Source: a virus
Taxonomy: Duplodnaviria > Caudoviricetes
Length of the DNA: 64,000 bases
Reading direction: 5' to 3' (one strand)
IMG/VR virus record: IMGVR_UViG_3300005545_000008
Span: 7,529-71,528 of that record
Every line of letters begins with the position of its first letter. The first letter of the stretch is position 1. The notes beneath the pieces were generated by a model that was not told the DNA's origin, made no database searches, and was given only the letters and a program-made list of their open reading frames with translations. Positions 7,770-16,026 of this stretch are shown in pieces. Position numbers and translations under genes: made by a program.

Positions 7770-8150
7770 ATGTACGGCGAATTCAAATTCAGCCACAAGA
7801 ACTATGACATCGAATGGAATGCCGGAGAGCTGACCATTATCGAGTCATACGACGATACGCACATGGGTACCGTCAAGGTCAGCATGAATGACCTGCGAGA
7901 CATCTACCGAAAGGCTGATGACCTTTACAGCTCTTTTGAGCTTTCGCCGGGGGATAGAGTGGTGTTGTCTGATGAGTACCTTTCCAATGGTGGAACAATC
8001 GTCAACCGGTACCGCAATACCATTGGTGTAGTAGAAGAAGTCTTGACGGAATGGGAAGAGAAAGACCCTATCTGCTGGGACTTCCATATCAGGTTCGGAA
8101 ACAATGAGTATTCCAGTGGGGTGCATTGGGGAGATGTAAGGAAGATCTAG
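7770..8150 (+). CDS. Hypothetical protein, shared N-domain plus SH3/KOW-like C-domain
   Basis: FKFSHKNYDIEWNAGELTI...GTVKVSM..L.DI..KADDLY then LSPGDRVVL...IGVVEEV. Confidence 0.7.
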   Translation: MYGEFKFSHKNYDIEWNAGELTIIESYDDTHMGTVKVSMNDLRDIYRKADDLYSSFELSPGDRVVLSDEYLSNGGTIVNRYRNTIGVVEEVLTEWEEKDPICWDFHIRFGNNEYSSGVHWGDVRKI

Positions 8151-8350
8151 ATAGTGCATAACTAACATATAGGTAGGGTGCCTATATGCACTATGACATC
8201 AAAATAAAGCACTAAATATGTAAACTAACACGTGTAAGGTTAAATTTAATTTTGGAGAAAACATGGTCTGACCTGCGCAAATAAATAAAAATATTGTGAC
8301 GAAACTCCAAATAAAAGCCAAAAAAGTCAAAGAAAAGAGAAAAAAGAGAA

Positions 8351-8545
8351 ATGTCTTCCGTTTCTGCTTACACGACCCCTATTTCTACTACTAGCACTGG
8401 AATTGTTGAATGTCCTGAGTGTGGTGGGGAAATGCATGTCTCTATGGATATGTGTGGGGAATGCATTAATGAGGGTTCTTTCTTTCTAGCCAGGGGTAAT
8501 AGGGTACTTACTTCTACCCGCCGTTCTTTTAATTACGGTAATTAA
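8351..8545 (+). CDS. Small zinc-ribbon protein
   Basis: CPECG...CGEC motif; strongly T-ending codons. Confidence 0.55.
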   Translation: MSSVSAYTTPISTTSTGIVECPECGGEMHVSMDMCGECINEGSFFLARGNRVLTSTRRSFNYGN

Positions 8546-8546
8546 G

Positions 8547-8654
8547 ATGGGTAGGATTATAGGGGCTCTAATTCCTATTATCTTCCTAGGCTGTGTGCTA
8601 GGTGGTGTGGCCCTATTGTTTTTGCTAGTGCCTGTGATGGCTGCACTAGTATAG
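8547..8654 (+). CDS. 35-aa hydrophobic membrane peptide
   Basis: MGRIIGALIPIIFLGCVLGGVALLFLLVPVMAALV*, starts 2 nt after the previous stop. Confidence 0.45.
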   Translation: MGRIIGALIPIIFLGCVLGGVALLFLLVPVMAALV

Positions 8655-8755
8655 CCCTAGATGGTCCTGTGTGGAACGTAGGGGTATTGAACGGGGGTAG
8701 GTTGTGTGATGCCTACCCCCTGTGTATGTGATCTTGTTAGAGAGGGTATGAGCCT

Positions 8756-8851
8756 ATGGGTATAGGTACAGCATGTGCACTACTACTGTTATGTGTGGTG
8801 TTGGTAGTAGCTATTGCGCTCACACATAAGGACGATAATGAAGAGTATTGA
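8756..8851 (+). CDS. 31-aa single-TM peptide with acidic tail
   Basis: MGIGTACALLLLCVVLVVAIALTHKDDNEEY*; AGAGGG upstream. Confidence 0.4.
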   Translation: MGIGTACALLLLCVVLVVAIALTHKDDNEEY

Positions 8852-9038
8852 TGAGTTATGTAGGGGAGATGTTCTATTGCTTCCCTACTATGGAGAGGTC
8901 AAGGTTATTAGACTCTTCTTTGACCCCGCGCATAATAGAGAATTCATCACACTTATTTTATTATGTGATGAGAAAGAATTAAAGCTCACATGCACGCGCA
9001 ATATGTGCTTTCAATATGTGCGCTTTGACTTGAGTTAA
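8838..9038 (+). CDS. Hypothetical protein
   Basis: TAAGGA RBS, ATG 8838; last rightward ORF of the block. Confidence 0.5.
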   Translation: MKSIDELCRGDVLLLPYYGEVKVIRLFFDPAHNREFITLILLCDEKELKLTCTRNMCFQYVRFDLS

Positions 9039-9085
9039 TGAATGGCGTTGATGTTTTGATTTAAATGCGCCATTCATTTTCTATT
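9037..9085 (+). terminator. Terminator at the convergence of the rightward and leftward blocks
   Basis: AATGAATGGCG/CGCCATTCATT 11-bp stem followed by a T-rich tract. Confidence 0.55.
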
Positions 9086-9202
9086 CTTTATATTTGTTTG
9101 ATATATGTGCTCACTAAAAATTCATTTTTATTCTTTCACGGCCTACATCATAGACTTTACGGAAAATCTAACATTTTGACCTATTGAATTCTAAATAGTG
9201 CG

Positions 9203-9619
9203 CTACCTTCCTTTTGAAAACCTATCATCCATATTATCTTGTTGAGTCCCTAATCTGAGATGTTCTGGGTTAAAACATCTTGTGACATCACAGCTGTGCA
9301 ATACGTAGAGACCTTCTGGAATGGGACCCTTATATAATATATATCCCCATTGGTGAACGTTTTTCCTGACACCTTTGTATTGAAAATCGGGGTATCTTCT
9401 TTTAAGGCTGAACGGCCATATCCAGCAGTCATTTAATTCTGGATATGGCGCGGGTGTCAGCTCTTTGATTCGCTCAAAGTATTCTTTTGGAGTTTCAATT
9501 TTTGTCAGGATTCTACGGTGTGTGGTGTTCTTTTCATCATGGCGTTGTTGGCCATAATGAGGAATGCACCAGTAGCGAATTGCTACTTCTTCAGTGCACC
9601 AATCAATCCTGCACTTCAC
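9203..9619 (-). CDS. HNH homing-type endonuclease
   Basis: CWIWP...RYP...HQWGYILYKGPIPEGLYVLHSCDVTRCFNPEHLRLGTQQDNMDD; N-terminal CxxxxC...CxxH. Confidence 0.9.
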   Translation of the reverse strand: MKCRIDWCTEEVAIRYWCIPHYGQQRHDEKNTTHRRILTKIETPKEYFERIKELTPAPYPELNDCWIWPFSLKRRYPDFQYKGVRKNVHQWGYILYKGPIPEGLYVLHSCDVTRCFNPEHLRLGTQQDNMDDRFSKGR

Positions 9620-9752
9620 TTAATTTTCTCTCCAATTCTTTTACCTTTAGCTCTAAGGCTTCAATATTTTTATCTGTTGCGCTAGCAATTGCCTTTAACT
9701 GGGCTTCAAATCCCATATTTTTTTGATTGTCTAATGCTCTTCTGACAGTCAA
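9603..9752 (-). CDS. 49-aa coiled-coil protein (absent from ORF track)
   Basis: AGAAAGGAGG RBS, TTG start; ...DKNIEALELKVKELERKL. Confidence 0.6.
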   Translation of the reverse strand: MTVRRALDNQKNMGFEAQLKAIASATDKNIEALELKVKELERKLSEVQD

Positions 9753-9789
9753 GTCGACTTCCTCCTTTCTTAGAGATATTTATACTACA

Positions 9790-10227
9790 TCAGCAAGCAT
9801 AGTAAGCGCCTTCATTGTCTGACTTTACATTACCTTTTTCTCCTGTCCATTCTTCATAGGCTCTTTCCGCCGCCACTAAATTCGGCGCGTAGATTGTAGC
9901 TTCTAGACCAGTCCAATATATTTGAGCTTCATCATTCATGTAGTTGGGCAAGACCGTATTATCAAACTTTACTAGGAAGTCAATCCATTCTTTGTATCCC
10001 TCTTCTATCAATACTGAGTGAATCATAGTAAAGAACTTCTTTTCAATTCCTTCTTGAGTTGTTTCTGTTATCACCATGTCTTGCTCATGCAAGACTACAT
10101 CTGTATAAGCGATGCAAATCCTATAAGTCCAAGTGCGGTCAAAGTCTGCTCTGACTGATACTGAATAAGGTGGATCTGTTGTTACTTTTCTTAATGCATT
10201 TTTTGCCATTATGTTTAGATTGCGCAT
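9790..10227 (-). CDS. Hypothetical protein
   Basis: Abuts upstream stop in a tightly packed leftward operon. Confidence 0.65.
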   Translation of the reverse strand: MRNLNIMAKNALRKVTTDPPYSVSVRADFDRTWTYRICIAYTDVVLHEQDMVITETTQEGIEKKFFTMIHSVLIEEGYKEWIDFLVKFDNTVLPNYMNDEAQIYWTGLEATIYAPNLVAAERAYEEWTGEKGNVKSDNEGAYYAC

Positions 10228-10503
10228 CTAATCTGTCCCGTCATATTTGAATGTCCATTTGATTGCTGTTACTTCATCAACCTTGTCTTGAATATAGACT
10301 CTGTAGTCTACTGGAATATCCGGGGGATCTCCCCATTTATTGCAGGGTACTGCTGGAAATACTATTTGTCTTTCTTTATACTCTAACATTAATAGAAAAC
10401 CATTACGATAAGTCTTTACTTCCACCCCGCGTTTTTCGGCCGCTTCTTCAATATAAGATGAGGTGTGTTTACGCCACCCATTAAGCCAATCAAGTACGTT
10501 CAT
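10228..10503 (-). CDS. Hypothetical protein
   Basis: Overlaps neighbours in the leftward operon. Confidence 0.6.
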   Translation of the reverse strand: MNVLDWLNGWRKHTSSYIEEAAEKRGVEVKTYRNGFLLMLEYKERQIVFPAVPCNKWGDPPDIPVDYRVYIQDKVDEVTAIKWTFKYDGTD

Positions 10504-10675
10504 CTTCTAGCTCCTTAAGTTTTCTTTTAGCATTCAGGATGTCGATCTGGTAGTTATAAATCTTACCTCTGATGTCATCAATTCTGTCACCCAAACGATT
10601 GATTTCCTCATGAGCATCTTGAACTTCGTCTTCAGTCTCATGAATAATTGCTCTTAATTTTTCTATTTCATTCAT
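10490..10675 (-). CDS. Coiled-coil hypothetical protein
   Basis: Heptad-rich; ATGA coupling. Confidence 0.6.
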   Translation of the reverse strand: MNEIEKLRAIIHETEDEVQDAHEEINRLGDRIDDIRGKIYNYQIDILNAKRKLKELEDERT

Positions 10676-10845
10676 TTTGTCGCCTTGTATTCTCTTCCGT
10701 CTTCGTCAATCTTCTTGACATTTTTTAATTTGTATTGTCCTGGATATACTTCTTCTAGTAACATCCATGCTTCTTTATGACTGATCCAATGGGGAGCTTT
10801 CACTGTTGCCCCGGTGGAATCTCTGACTATTTTGATGCTTCTCAT
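10672..10845 (-). CDS. 57-aa hypothetical protein (absent from ORF track)
   Basis: MRSIKIVRDSTG...; ATGA overlaps at both ends. Confidence 0.55.
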   Translation of the reverse strand: MRSIKIVRDSTGATVKAPHWISHKEAWMLLEEVYPGQYKLKNVKKIDEDGREYKATK

Positions 10846-11120
10846 TGCGCCGCCCTTATAATTGATTCTGCTAGATTTCGTATGTATGCCATGACAGCAT
10901 TGGGATGTATCATTGATATGTTTTCATGATCTATAGTGTGTATTCTGTATGGTTTTGAATTATATATTACCCATGCATCACCCGGTGTTTTTTCTAGAAC
11001 TCTTGTTTTCCTTACATCTTTTCTTGCTAGTTCGAATGCTGCGTACCAATACATATCAAAGCTGATGTCTCTATACCCGGCTCGCTTTAGTTTTAGTAAA
11101 GCGAGTGCTCTAAAGATCAC
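10842..11120 (-). CDS. Hypothetical protein
   Basis: Packed leftward operon. Confidence 0.55.
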   Translation of the reverse strand: MIFRALALLKLKRAGYRDISFDMYWYAAFELARKDVRKTRVLEKTPGDAWVIYNSKPYRIHTIDHENISMIHPNAVMAYIRNLAESIIRAAQ

Positions 11121-11397
11121 TGTTCAACTCCTCCCACTTGGCATGCTTGAGCTTGATTGATTCCCAAGACATATCACGTAGCCATACGGCCACTTTGAAA
11201 GACAATTCGAATACCGTGCCATCTTCAAGATCAACGCTTATTGATTCGGCACAGTTGTAATCCTTGTAATTAAGCCATACAAATAGCTTCATCGTGCCCG
11301 GAGACACGGTATTTATAGTGAAGCCTTCCGTATTTACATTGCTTTCTCTGGTGAAGACATCGAAACATTCCTGTACAACAGCCTTATATTTTTTCAT
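11110..11397 (-). CDS. Hypothetical protein
   Basis: GGAG RBS, ATG 11397. Confidence 0.65.
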   Translation of the reverse strand: MKKYKAVVQECFDVFTRESNVNTEGFTINTVSPGTMKLFVWLNYKDYNCAESISVDLEDGTVFELSFKVAVWLRDMSWESIKLKHAKWEELNSDL

Positions 11398-11464
11398 ATT
11401 TTCTCCATAATGTAAGACCCTCGATTTTCACCGAGGGTCCTTTGTTAATCTTCGCTTTGCTAAG

Positions 11465-11728
11465 TTACTTCTTTGATCTAGTTGTTGTCTTTCTTGCTGA
11501 TTGATCAGCTTCTGCTGCCACCGATGTTGATGCTGGTGCATTTGTTCTATTTGATTCACTAGTTACAACTGAATCAGAACTACCAGCGAAGTCACGCAGA
11601 TGTCTTTCTAGATCTTTTACTCTTTTCTCTAAAGCATCAATTGTTGAATCAGCCTTTGCCAATACTTTTGATACGGCTTCTTCAGCATCGTGTCTATTTG
11701 CTTCAAAGAACTCATGTAGTCTACCCAT
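11465..11728 (-). CDS. Coiled-coil protein with low-complexity basic tail
   Basis: GGAGGTG RBS before ATG 11728; TIDALEKRVKDLERHL. Confidence 0.65.
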   Translation of the reverse strand: MGRLHEFFEANRHDAEEAVSKVLAKADSTIDALEKRVKDLERHLRDFAGSSDSVVTSESNRTNAPASTSVAAEADQSARKTTTRSKK

Positions 11729-11787
11729 ATTTTCACCTCCCCGCGCGAGGGGTATTAATAGAGTACCACAATATGAACTAATGTAAA

Positions 11788-11940
11788 CTACCCTGTGTAT
11801 GGATTTCTCCATACACCACTTATAACAATTCTTTTTTGATAAGTAGTCTCAGTTCTGCATTTTGAACACATAATATACGTCTTGCCTTTACGGCGTGCAT
11901 TATATGTTACTGCGCCACAACATTTTGATTTCTTACTCAT
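11788..11940 (-). CDS. 50-aa zinc-finger-like protein (absent from ORF track)
   Basis: MSKKSKCCGA...MCSKCRTE. Confidence 0.5.
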   Translation of the reverse strand: MSKKSKCCGAVTYNARRKGKTYIMCSKCRTETTYQKRIVISGVWRNPYTG

Positions 11941-12036
11941 TTCTTTTCAACCAAATCTCTCAGTTTTATTTTCTTATTGCAATTAGAACATATGTTTGTT
12001 TGCTTTCCACCATTCCATTTTATTGCAATTCTTCTC

Positions 12037-12438
12037 TTACAACACTTTGTTACTAATGCCATTACGATCCTCGAATATAAGTATATAACCAATATTTTTA
12101 ATTGAACGACGCTTATTATAGGTTGGGTCCCATACCACCTTTAGATTATTATCGACCAATACGGCATGGTCGTTATTTCTTCCTGATGGAGATCTTCCCA
12201 CACCTACCATTTTGTCAGGCAAATCAATCATATTGATTTCATCATCAAACAGTATGCTCATCTTGAAGCCTTTTTTATTTGCCCAAATCTTTAGCTTGGC
12301 TAACCAGTCCTTGGATGCTGATTGCTTGCCATAGAAGGGCACCTCGTCATAATTGATATCAAGAAGCTTAGATAAGCATGCTGTTAGACAACCGTCTTTT
12401 TTATAGTAGGTGATCCAATCACTTCTTCTTTTTGGCAT
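12037..12438 (-). CDS. Putative papain-fold (C39-like) peptidase
   Basis: DGCLTACL (Cys), GRSPSG..DHAVL (His), VWDP (Asp) spacing. Confidence 0.5.
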   Translation of the reverse strand: MPKRRSDWITYYKKDGCLTACLSKLLDINYDEVPFYGKQSASKDWLAKLKIWANKKGFKMSILFDDEINMIDLPDKMVGVGRSPSGRNNDHAVLVDNNLKVVWDPTYNKRRSIKNIGYILIFEDRNGISNKVL

Positions 12439-12631
12439 CTTTCTTTAGCTTTCCTATATCCCTATTGAGCAACTTTATTTGTTCTTCTATCTGTCGCTTA
12501 AGTCCTACTGCCTCATTAAGTAATTTTTGATTTACTGGATTACCTTTTTGTAGAAGATTGATTGTTCTGATAGCAAATTTAAGATTTGCTTGATTCTTCG
12601 CTAGCTCTGCTTTCAGACTTCTCAGGTTCAC
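12419..12631 (-). CDS. Basic coiled-coil protein
   Basis: Heptad K/L-rich ORF overlapping neighbours. Confidence 0.5.
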   Translation of the reverse strand: MNLRSLKAELAKNQANLKFAIRTINLLQKGNPVNQKLLNEAVGLKRQIEEQIKLLNRDIGKLKKDAKKKK

Positions 12632-13076
12632 TCAAAGGCTCCTTTGTGACATCAACTTTCGCGGGGAACGGAACTCTTACTGGTTGCCATCTAGGACTTA
12701 CAGGAACCTTATCAAGCCAAGGATAGACAGCCCACTGATCCCATGTAGCAGTAAGAGTGATCTTCTGTTTTACATATTTCACTGGCCATTTTTTGACAAT
12801 CCAACGCATAAACCATGTATCAGCATACATGTCTTTGAAAAACTGCCATGGATTCTTTGGAGTATTCAATACTTCTGTTCTTGTCTCAGTAAATGATGGA
12901 AGCTTTTTACCTAGAACCCTCGCATTAAGTTTATACAGAGATTGATCTCTAAGAAAAGACCAAGAATCTTTTACTATTGATTGCTCATACGTAACCCCTG
13001 GAAGCATTTCATTTTGAACGTACCTCGCTTCTTGAAATTGCAACCATTCAAAAATTTCTTCTTTAAAATAATCCAT
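12579..13076 (-). CDS. Hypothetical protein
   Basis: ATG 13076 in TAATG overlap with the exoribonuclease stop. Confidence 0.65.
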   Translation of the reverse strand: MDYFKEEIFEWLQFQEARYVQNEMLPGVTYEQSIVKDSWSFLRDQSLYKLNARVLGKKLPSFTETRTEVLNTPKNPWQFFKDMYADTWFMRWIVKKWPVKYVKQKITLTATWDQWAVYPWLDKVPVSPRWQPVRVPFPAKVDVTKEPLSEPEKSESRASEESSKS

Positions 13077-13603
13077 TATTTGTATGTTTCCCAAACTCTC
13101 TTGTTCCACTTTGCATCATACAAAGCGTGATGTTCGATTTCTGGTTTGAAATCAATTTTTCTATCTTTGATAATTTCTGTCTTCAAATCATGAGAAAACA
13201 TCGGAATAGGTTGAGGCAGTTTGATCATTGGTCCAAAAATCTGAGCGAGTGCTACATGATCATAAGATACATAATAGCCCCAAAGTTCTACATGCTTTCT
13301 TTCGAAATATGTCCCACCATCTGAAATGAAATCGAGAACGTGTCCTCCCCAATTTTCGTAATCAACTCCATATCTATAAATGTCTTCTTGAGTGATGTGA
13401 TCGCACACATTTACACAAAGCCAATTTGTTAAAACGGATGGATGCCCTCTCCATTCATATCCTTCTAAATCAATATAGGATTGCATGTACCCCCTATTGA
13501 TTAAATATAAATCGCGGCCGTCTTCCGATGTCATTCCGAGCGAAATTGGAATAATTGTTGTTCCATCTTCCTCAAATTCTAAGTCATAAAAATATCTCTG
13601 CAT
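13076..13603 (-). CDS. DEDD 3'-5' exoribonuclease, RNase AS/Rv2179c-like
   Basis: YFYDLEF...ISLGM..EDGR...WGYYVSYDHV.L.QIFGPMI.LP..IPMF..DL...EHHALYDAKW; GAGGAG RBS before ATG 13603. Confidence 0.88.
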   Translation of the reverse strand: MQRYFYDLEFEEDGTTIIPISLGMTSEDGRDLYLINRGYMQSYIDLEGYEWRGHPSVLTNWLCVNVCDHITQEDIYRYGVDYENWGGHVLDFISDGGTYFERKHVELWGYYVSYDHVALAQIFGPMIKLPQPIPMFSHDLKTEIIKDRKIDFKPEIEHHALYDAKWNKRVWETYK

Positions 13604-13683
13604 TGCGCTCCTCGCGTGTATGCGCTGCCTGGTGCTCGTCCGCACACCCGATAGCGCAGTCGTATAATTGTTATTTTCTGTTA

Positions 13684-13800
13684 GGGGTGACGTCACCCTC
13701 AGTTTTTATAGGCTTTTCATGCGTCACCCCCAGGTGACACGTCGGGTGACATGCTATTTTCCTGGGGGTGACAACAAGGGTGACGTCGGGTGACGTCACC
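13684..13800. repeat. clt-like repeat array directly after the traB-like stop
   Basis: 9 copies of GGTGAC/GTCACC in 116 nt (five exact GGGTGAC at 13685, 13744, 13766, 13778, 13788); GC-rich island in AT-rich DNA. Confidence 0.8.
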
Positions 13801-13801
13801 A

Positions 13802-15664
13802 TCACAGCACTATCGTATAGGTGAAATCATCCTTTGTCAAGGACCCATCGGCTACCAATTTACCTAGCTGCTTATGCAACCATGCTCGTGATCTACCTGT
13901 TACAGTCAATACGTCTGATAGGTCGGGTGCATTGAATTGCATGACTCCAGATTCCTTAAATTCTGATATGCGTTCTTTAAGAACTTTGAGTGCTTCATCT
14001 GAAGCCATCTCTGTTTCTGCTTCATCAAATTTTAAGAAAACATTTTCAAACTGAGATTCCAATTCTTTTAATTCCTCTATCTCTATTACTATATCTTCTT
14101 TAAAGTCGTCATCTTCGACATCAACAATATGTGTTGGTTTAACAACAGTTTCAGACTTTTTACTAGCCTCGAATATATCTGCTAGACTTTCCATTGTAAT
14201 TGGATCAATCGGTTCCATCTTATGAGCATTTGCTGCGTCATAAAGTTGTTGATCTGTTATCAAAGAGCACCTGAGTGCCTCTGTCCACATTTCTTGATCA
14301 ACTTCTGGATGAACCAAATACGCATATCCAGGCTTACTATTGCGCCATACAGATGGATCTGCACCAGCATCTACAACGTCATCAGGGAGCGCAAATTGCG
14401 CATCTGCGATATCTTGAACACCAAAACACATAACAGCTGAGAATTGTGCTCTAGCTGCTGTATCAATTGCTACATAACTTGCTCTTTGAAGAGAAGCAGT
14501 AATTGCAATCCCAACAGAACGTGCCGTCTCCATCATTTTGATGAAGGCTGGATTATTGGCGATAAGCCCTGATGCCTCTTCAATATGAACATACAAGAAT
14601 GTAAGTCCTGATTCTTCGTCCCATTTAGTCTTATTCATACTACCAAGTTTATCTGCACGATCCTTAATTGTTCTAGCAAATCTCTTGAATAAAGCCTCTG
14701 CAAGTGTTTCTTCTGATATAACTAGATGGATTCCATTTCTTGCAAGATTAAGAGTCTGATTCCCCTTGGTGATATCAATAACAATGAGTGCTGATTTTCT
14801 ATGATTGAAGGCTCTTGCAAATATTACTTTTGCGCCTTCAGATTTACCAGATCCATTCATACCCTGGATTAACATGTGAATACCACCAAGTCGCTCTGAG
14901 TGTAGATTAAATTCAGCTGGATCACCAGTCTCATACTTACCTACAATAAATTTATCATTAGCGCTTGTTCTTTGTGTATCTGGTATATATGGAACTATTT
15001 CATTTAGTAAATCTCTTTTTGTTATTGTGAAATGACCTCGCGATGCATCATTTCTATCTGGTTTTATTTTTACTGCATTTTTTGGAGCCTTGAACAAACT
15101 AGCAAGATGCGTCTTATACTTTTGCGCATCATCAATTGTATTTTTTCCTCTTTTAACTTGGATTATGCCTTTAAATCTATCCTTTGTGTTTTCTAAAATA
15201 GTAGTCTTGGTGTCATCCAAGCCATGATCCTTAAAGAAGTCTCGCATTGGATCATCACGCTTCTCTGATTTAATAGCTCCTCGAATATTCCAAGAGCCAC
15301 AGAGAGCTAGTCCAAACACAAGCCATACGAGCGATACAATTGGATTCCATGGGGCGTATAGAACGGCAAAGCCTAGCCATATGCCTACAGATGCCAACGT
15401 AAATACCGCATGAAATCTTCCAAAATCACGACGGGTTCTAGAGGCACGCCACATAAATATTCCAAGTGAGGCAGTACATGCTAGAACACCAATAACTATC
15501 CAGTTGTAGGGATTATCAAAATAATCAATATGCCCTACCAACCACAAAACGATAGATAGTATCGCTGTTCCTATCCAAGCTAGATATGGTTTTAACAACA
15601 CCATACCGCTTGAGGTAATACTATCTATCGCCTTGTATTTTATACGTTTTGCTAAATAACTCAC
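13802..15664 (-). CDS. traB: TraB-like FtsK/SpoIIIE DNA translocase
   Basis: About 4 N-terminal TM helices; Walker A GMNGSGKS; Walker B YVHIEEA; ARSVGIAITASLQR; C-terminal wHTH (DLSDVLTVTGRSRAWLHKQLGKLVADG). Confidence 0.8.
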   Translation of the reverse strand: MSYLAKRIKYKAIDSITSSGMVLLKPYLAWIGTAILSIVLWLVGHIDYFDNPYNWIVIGVLACTASLGIFMWRASRTRRDFGRFHAVFTLASVGIWLGFAVLYAPWNPIVSLVWLVFGLALCGSWNIRGAIKSEKRDDPMRDFFKDHGLDDTKTTILENTKDRFKGIIQVKRGKNTIDDAQKYKTHLASLFKAPKNAVKIKPDRNDASRGHFTITKRDLLNEIVPYIPDTQRTSANDKFIVGKYETGDPAEFNLHSERLGGIHMLIQGMNGSGKSEGAKVIFARAFNHRKSALIVIDITKGNQTLNLARNGIHLVISEETLAEALFKRFARTIKDRADKLGSMNKTKWDEESGLTFLYVHIEEASGLIANNPAFIKMMETARSVGIAITASLQRASYVAIDTAARAQFSAVMCFGVQDIADAQFALPDDVVDAGADPSVWRNSKPGYAYLVHPEVDQEMWTEALRCSLITDQQLYDAANAHKMEPIDPITMESLADIFEASKKSETVVKPTHIVDVEDDDFKEDIVIEIEELKELESQFENVFLKFDEAETEMASDEALKVLKERISEFKESGVMQFNAPDLSDVLTVTGRSRAWLHKQLGKLVADGSLTKDDFTYTIVL

Positions 15665-16002
15665 TTTATCGTGAAGTCCGGCTTCACTGCTTTCTTTACA
15701 GAAGCAGCCTCGGATAGTTCCATGGCAAAACGATTCTCAAATAGAGTCCAAGTTTTTTGCACACCACCGCCTGCTATTTTAAAGGCTTCAGCGACACCTT
15801 TTAGTGCAGTCGCAACAATTCTTGCTCGTGCAGTGTTTTTGATTCCTTTAACATTAGCCAGCCTTTGCTGTAGCATCTCGGCTGACCATGAGACTTCAGT
15901 GTAGAGGTCATAACACAAAACTTTTAGAGTGTCCAGGTATCTCTTCAGCGCAATATTGTCGCTGAGATCTATCTCTCCCAGTTCATCTATTCTTTTTGAC
16001 AC
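15661..16002 (-). CDS. TraA-like plasmid transfer accessory protein
   Basis: AAGGAGGTG RBS; GTGA coupling to traB; RARIV...LKGVAEA...F...F..EL pattern recalled from actinomycete TraA proteins. Confidence 0.55.
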   Translation of the reverse strand: MSKRIDELGEIDLSDNIALKRYLDTLKVLCYDLYTEVSWSAEMLQQRLANVKGIKNTARARIVATALKGVAEAFKIAGGGVQKTWTLFENRFAMELSEAASVKKAVKPDFTIK

Positions 16003-16026
16003 TTCTTCGTGTCACCTCCTTATGCG

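Noticed and set aside
13604-13696. Extension of the exoribonuclease ORF into the repeat region
   Set aside because: GAGGAG RBS and family motif place the start at ATG 13603.
13684-13800. CRISPR array or attachment site
   Set aside because: Units are 6-10 nt, irregularly spaced and in both orientations; no cas or integrase gene in the window.
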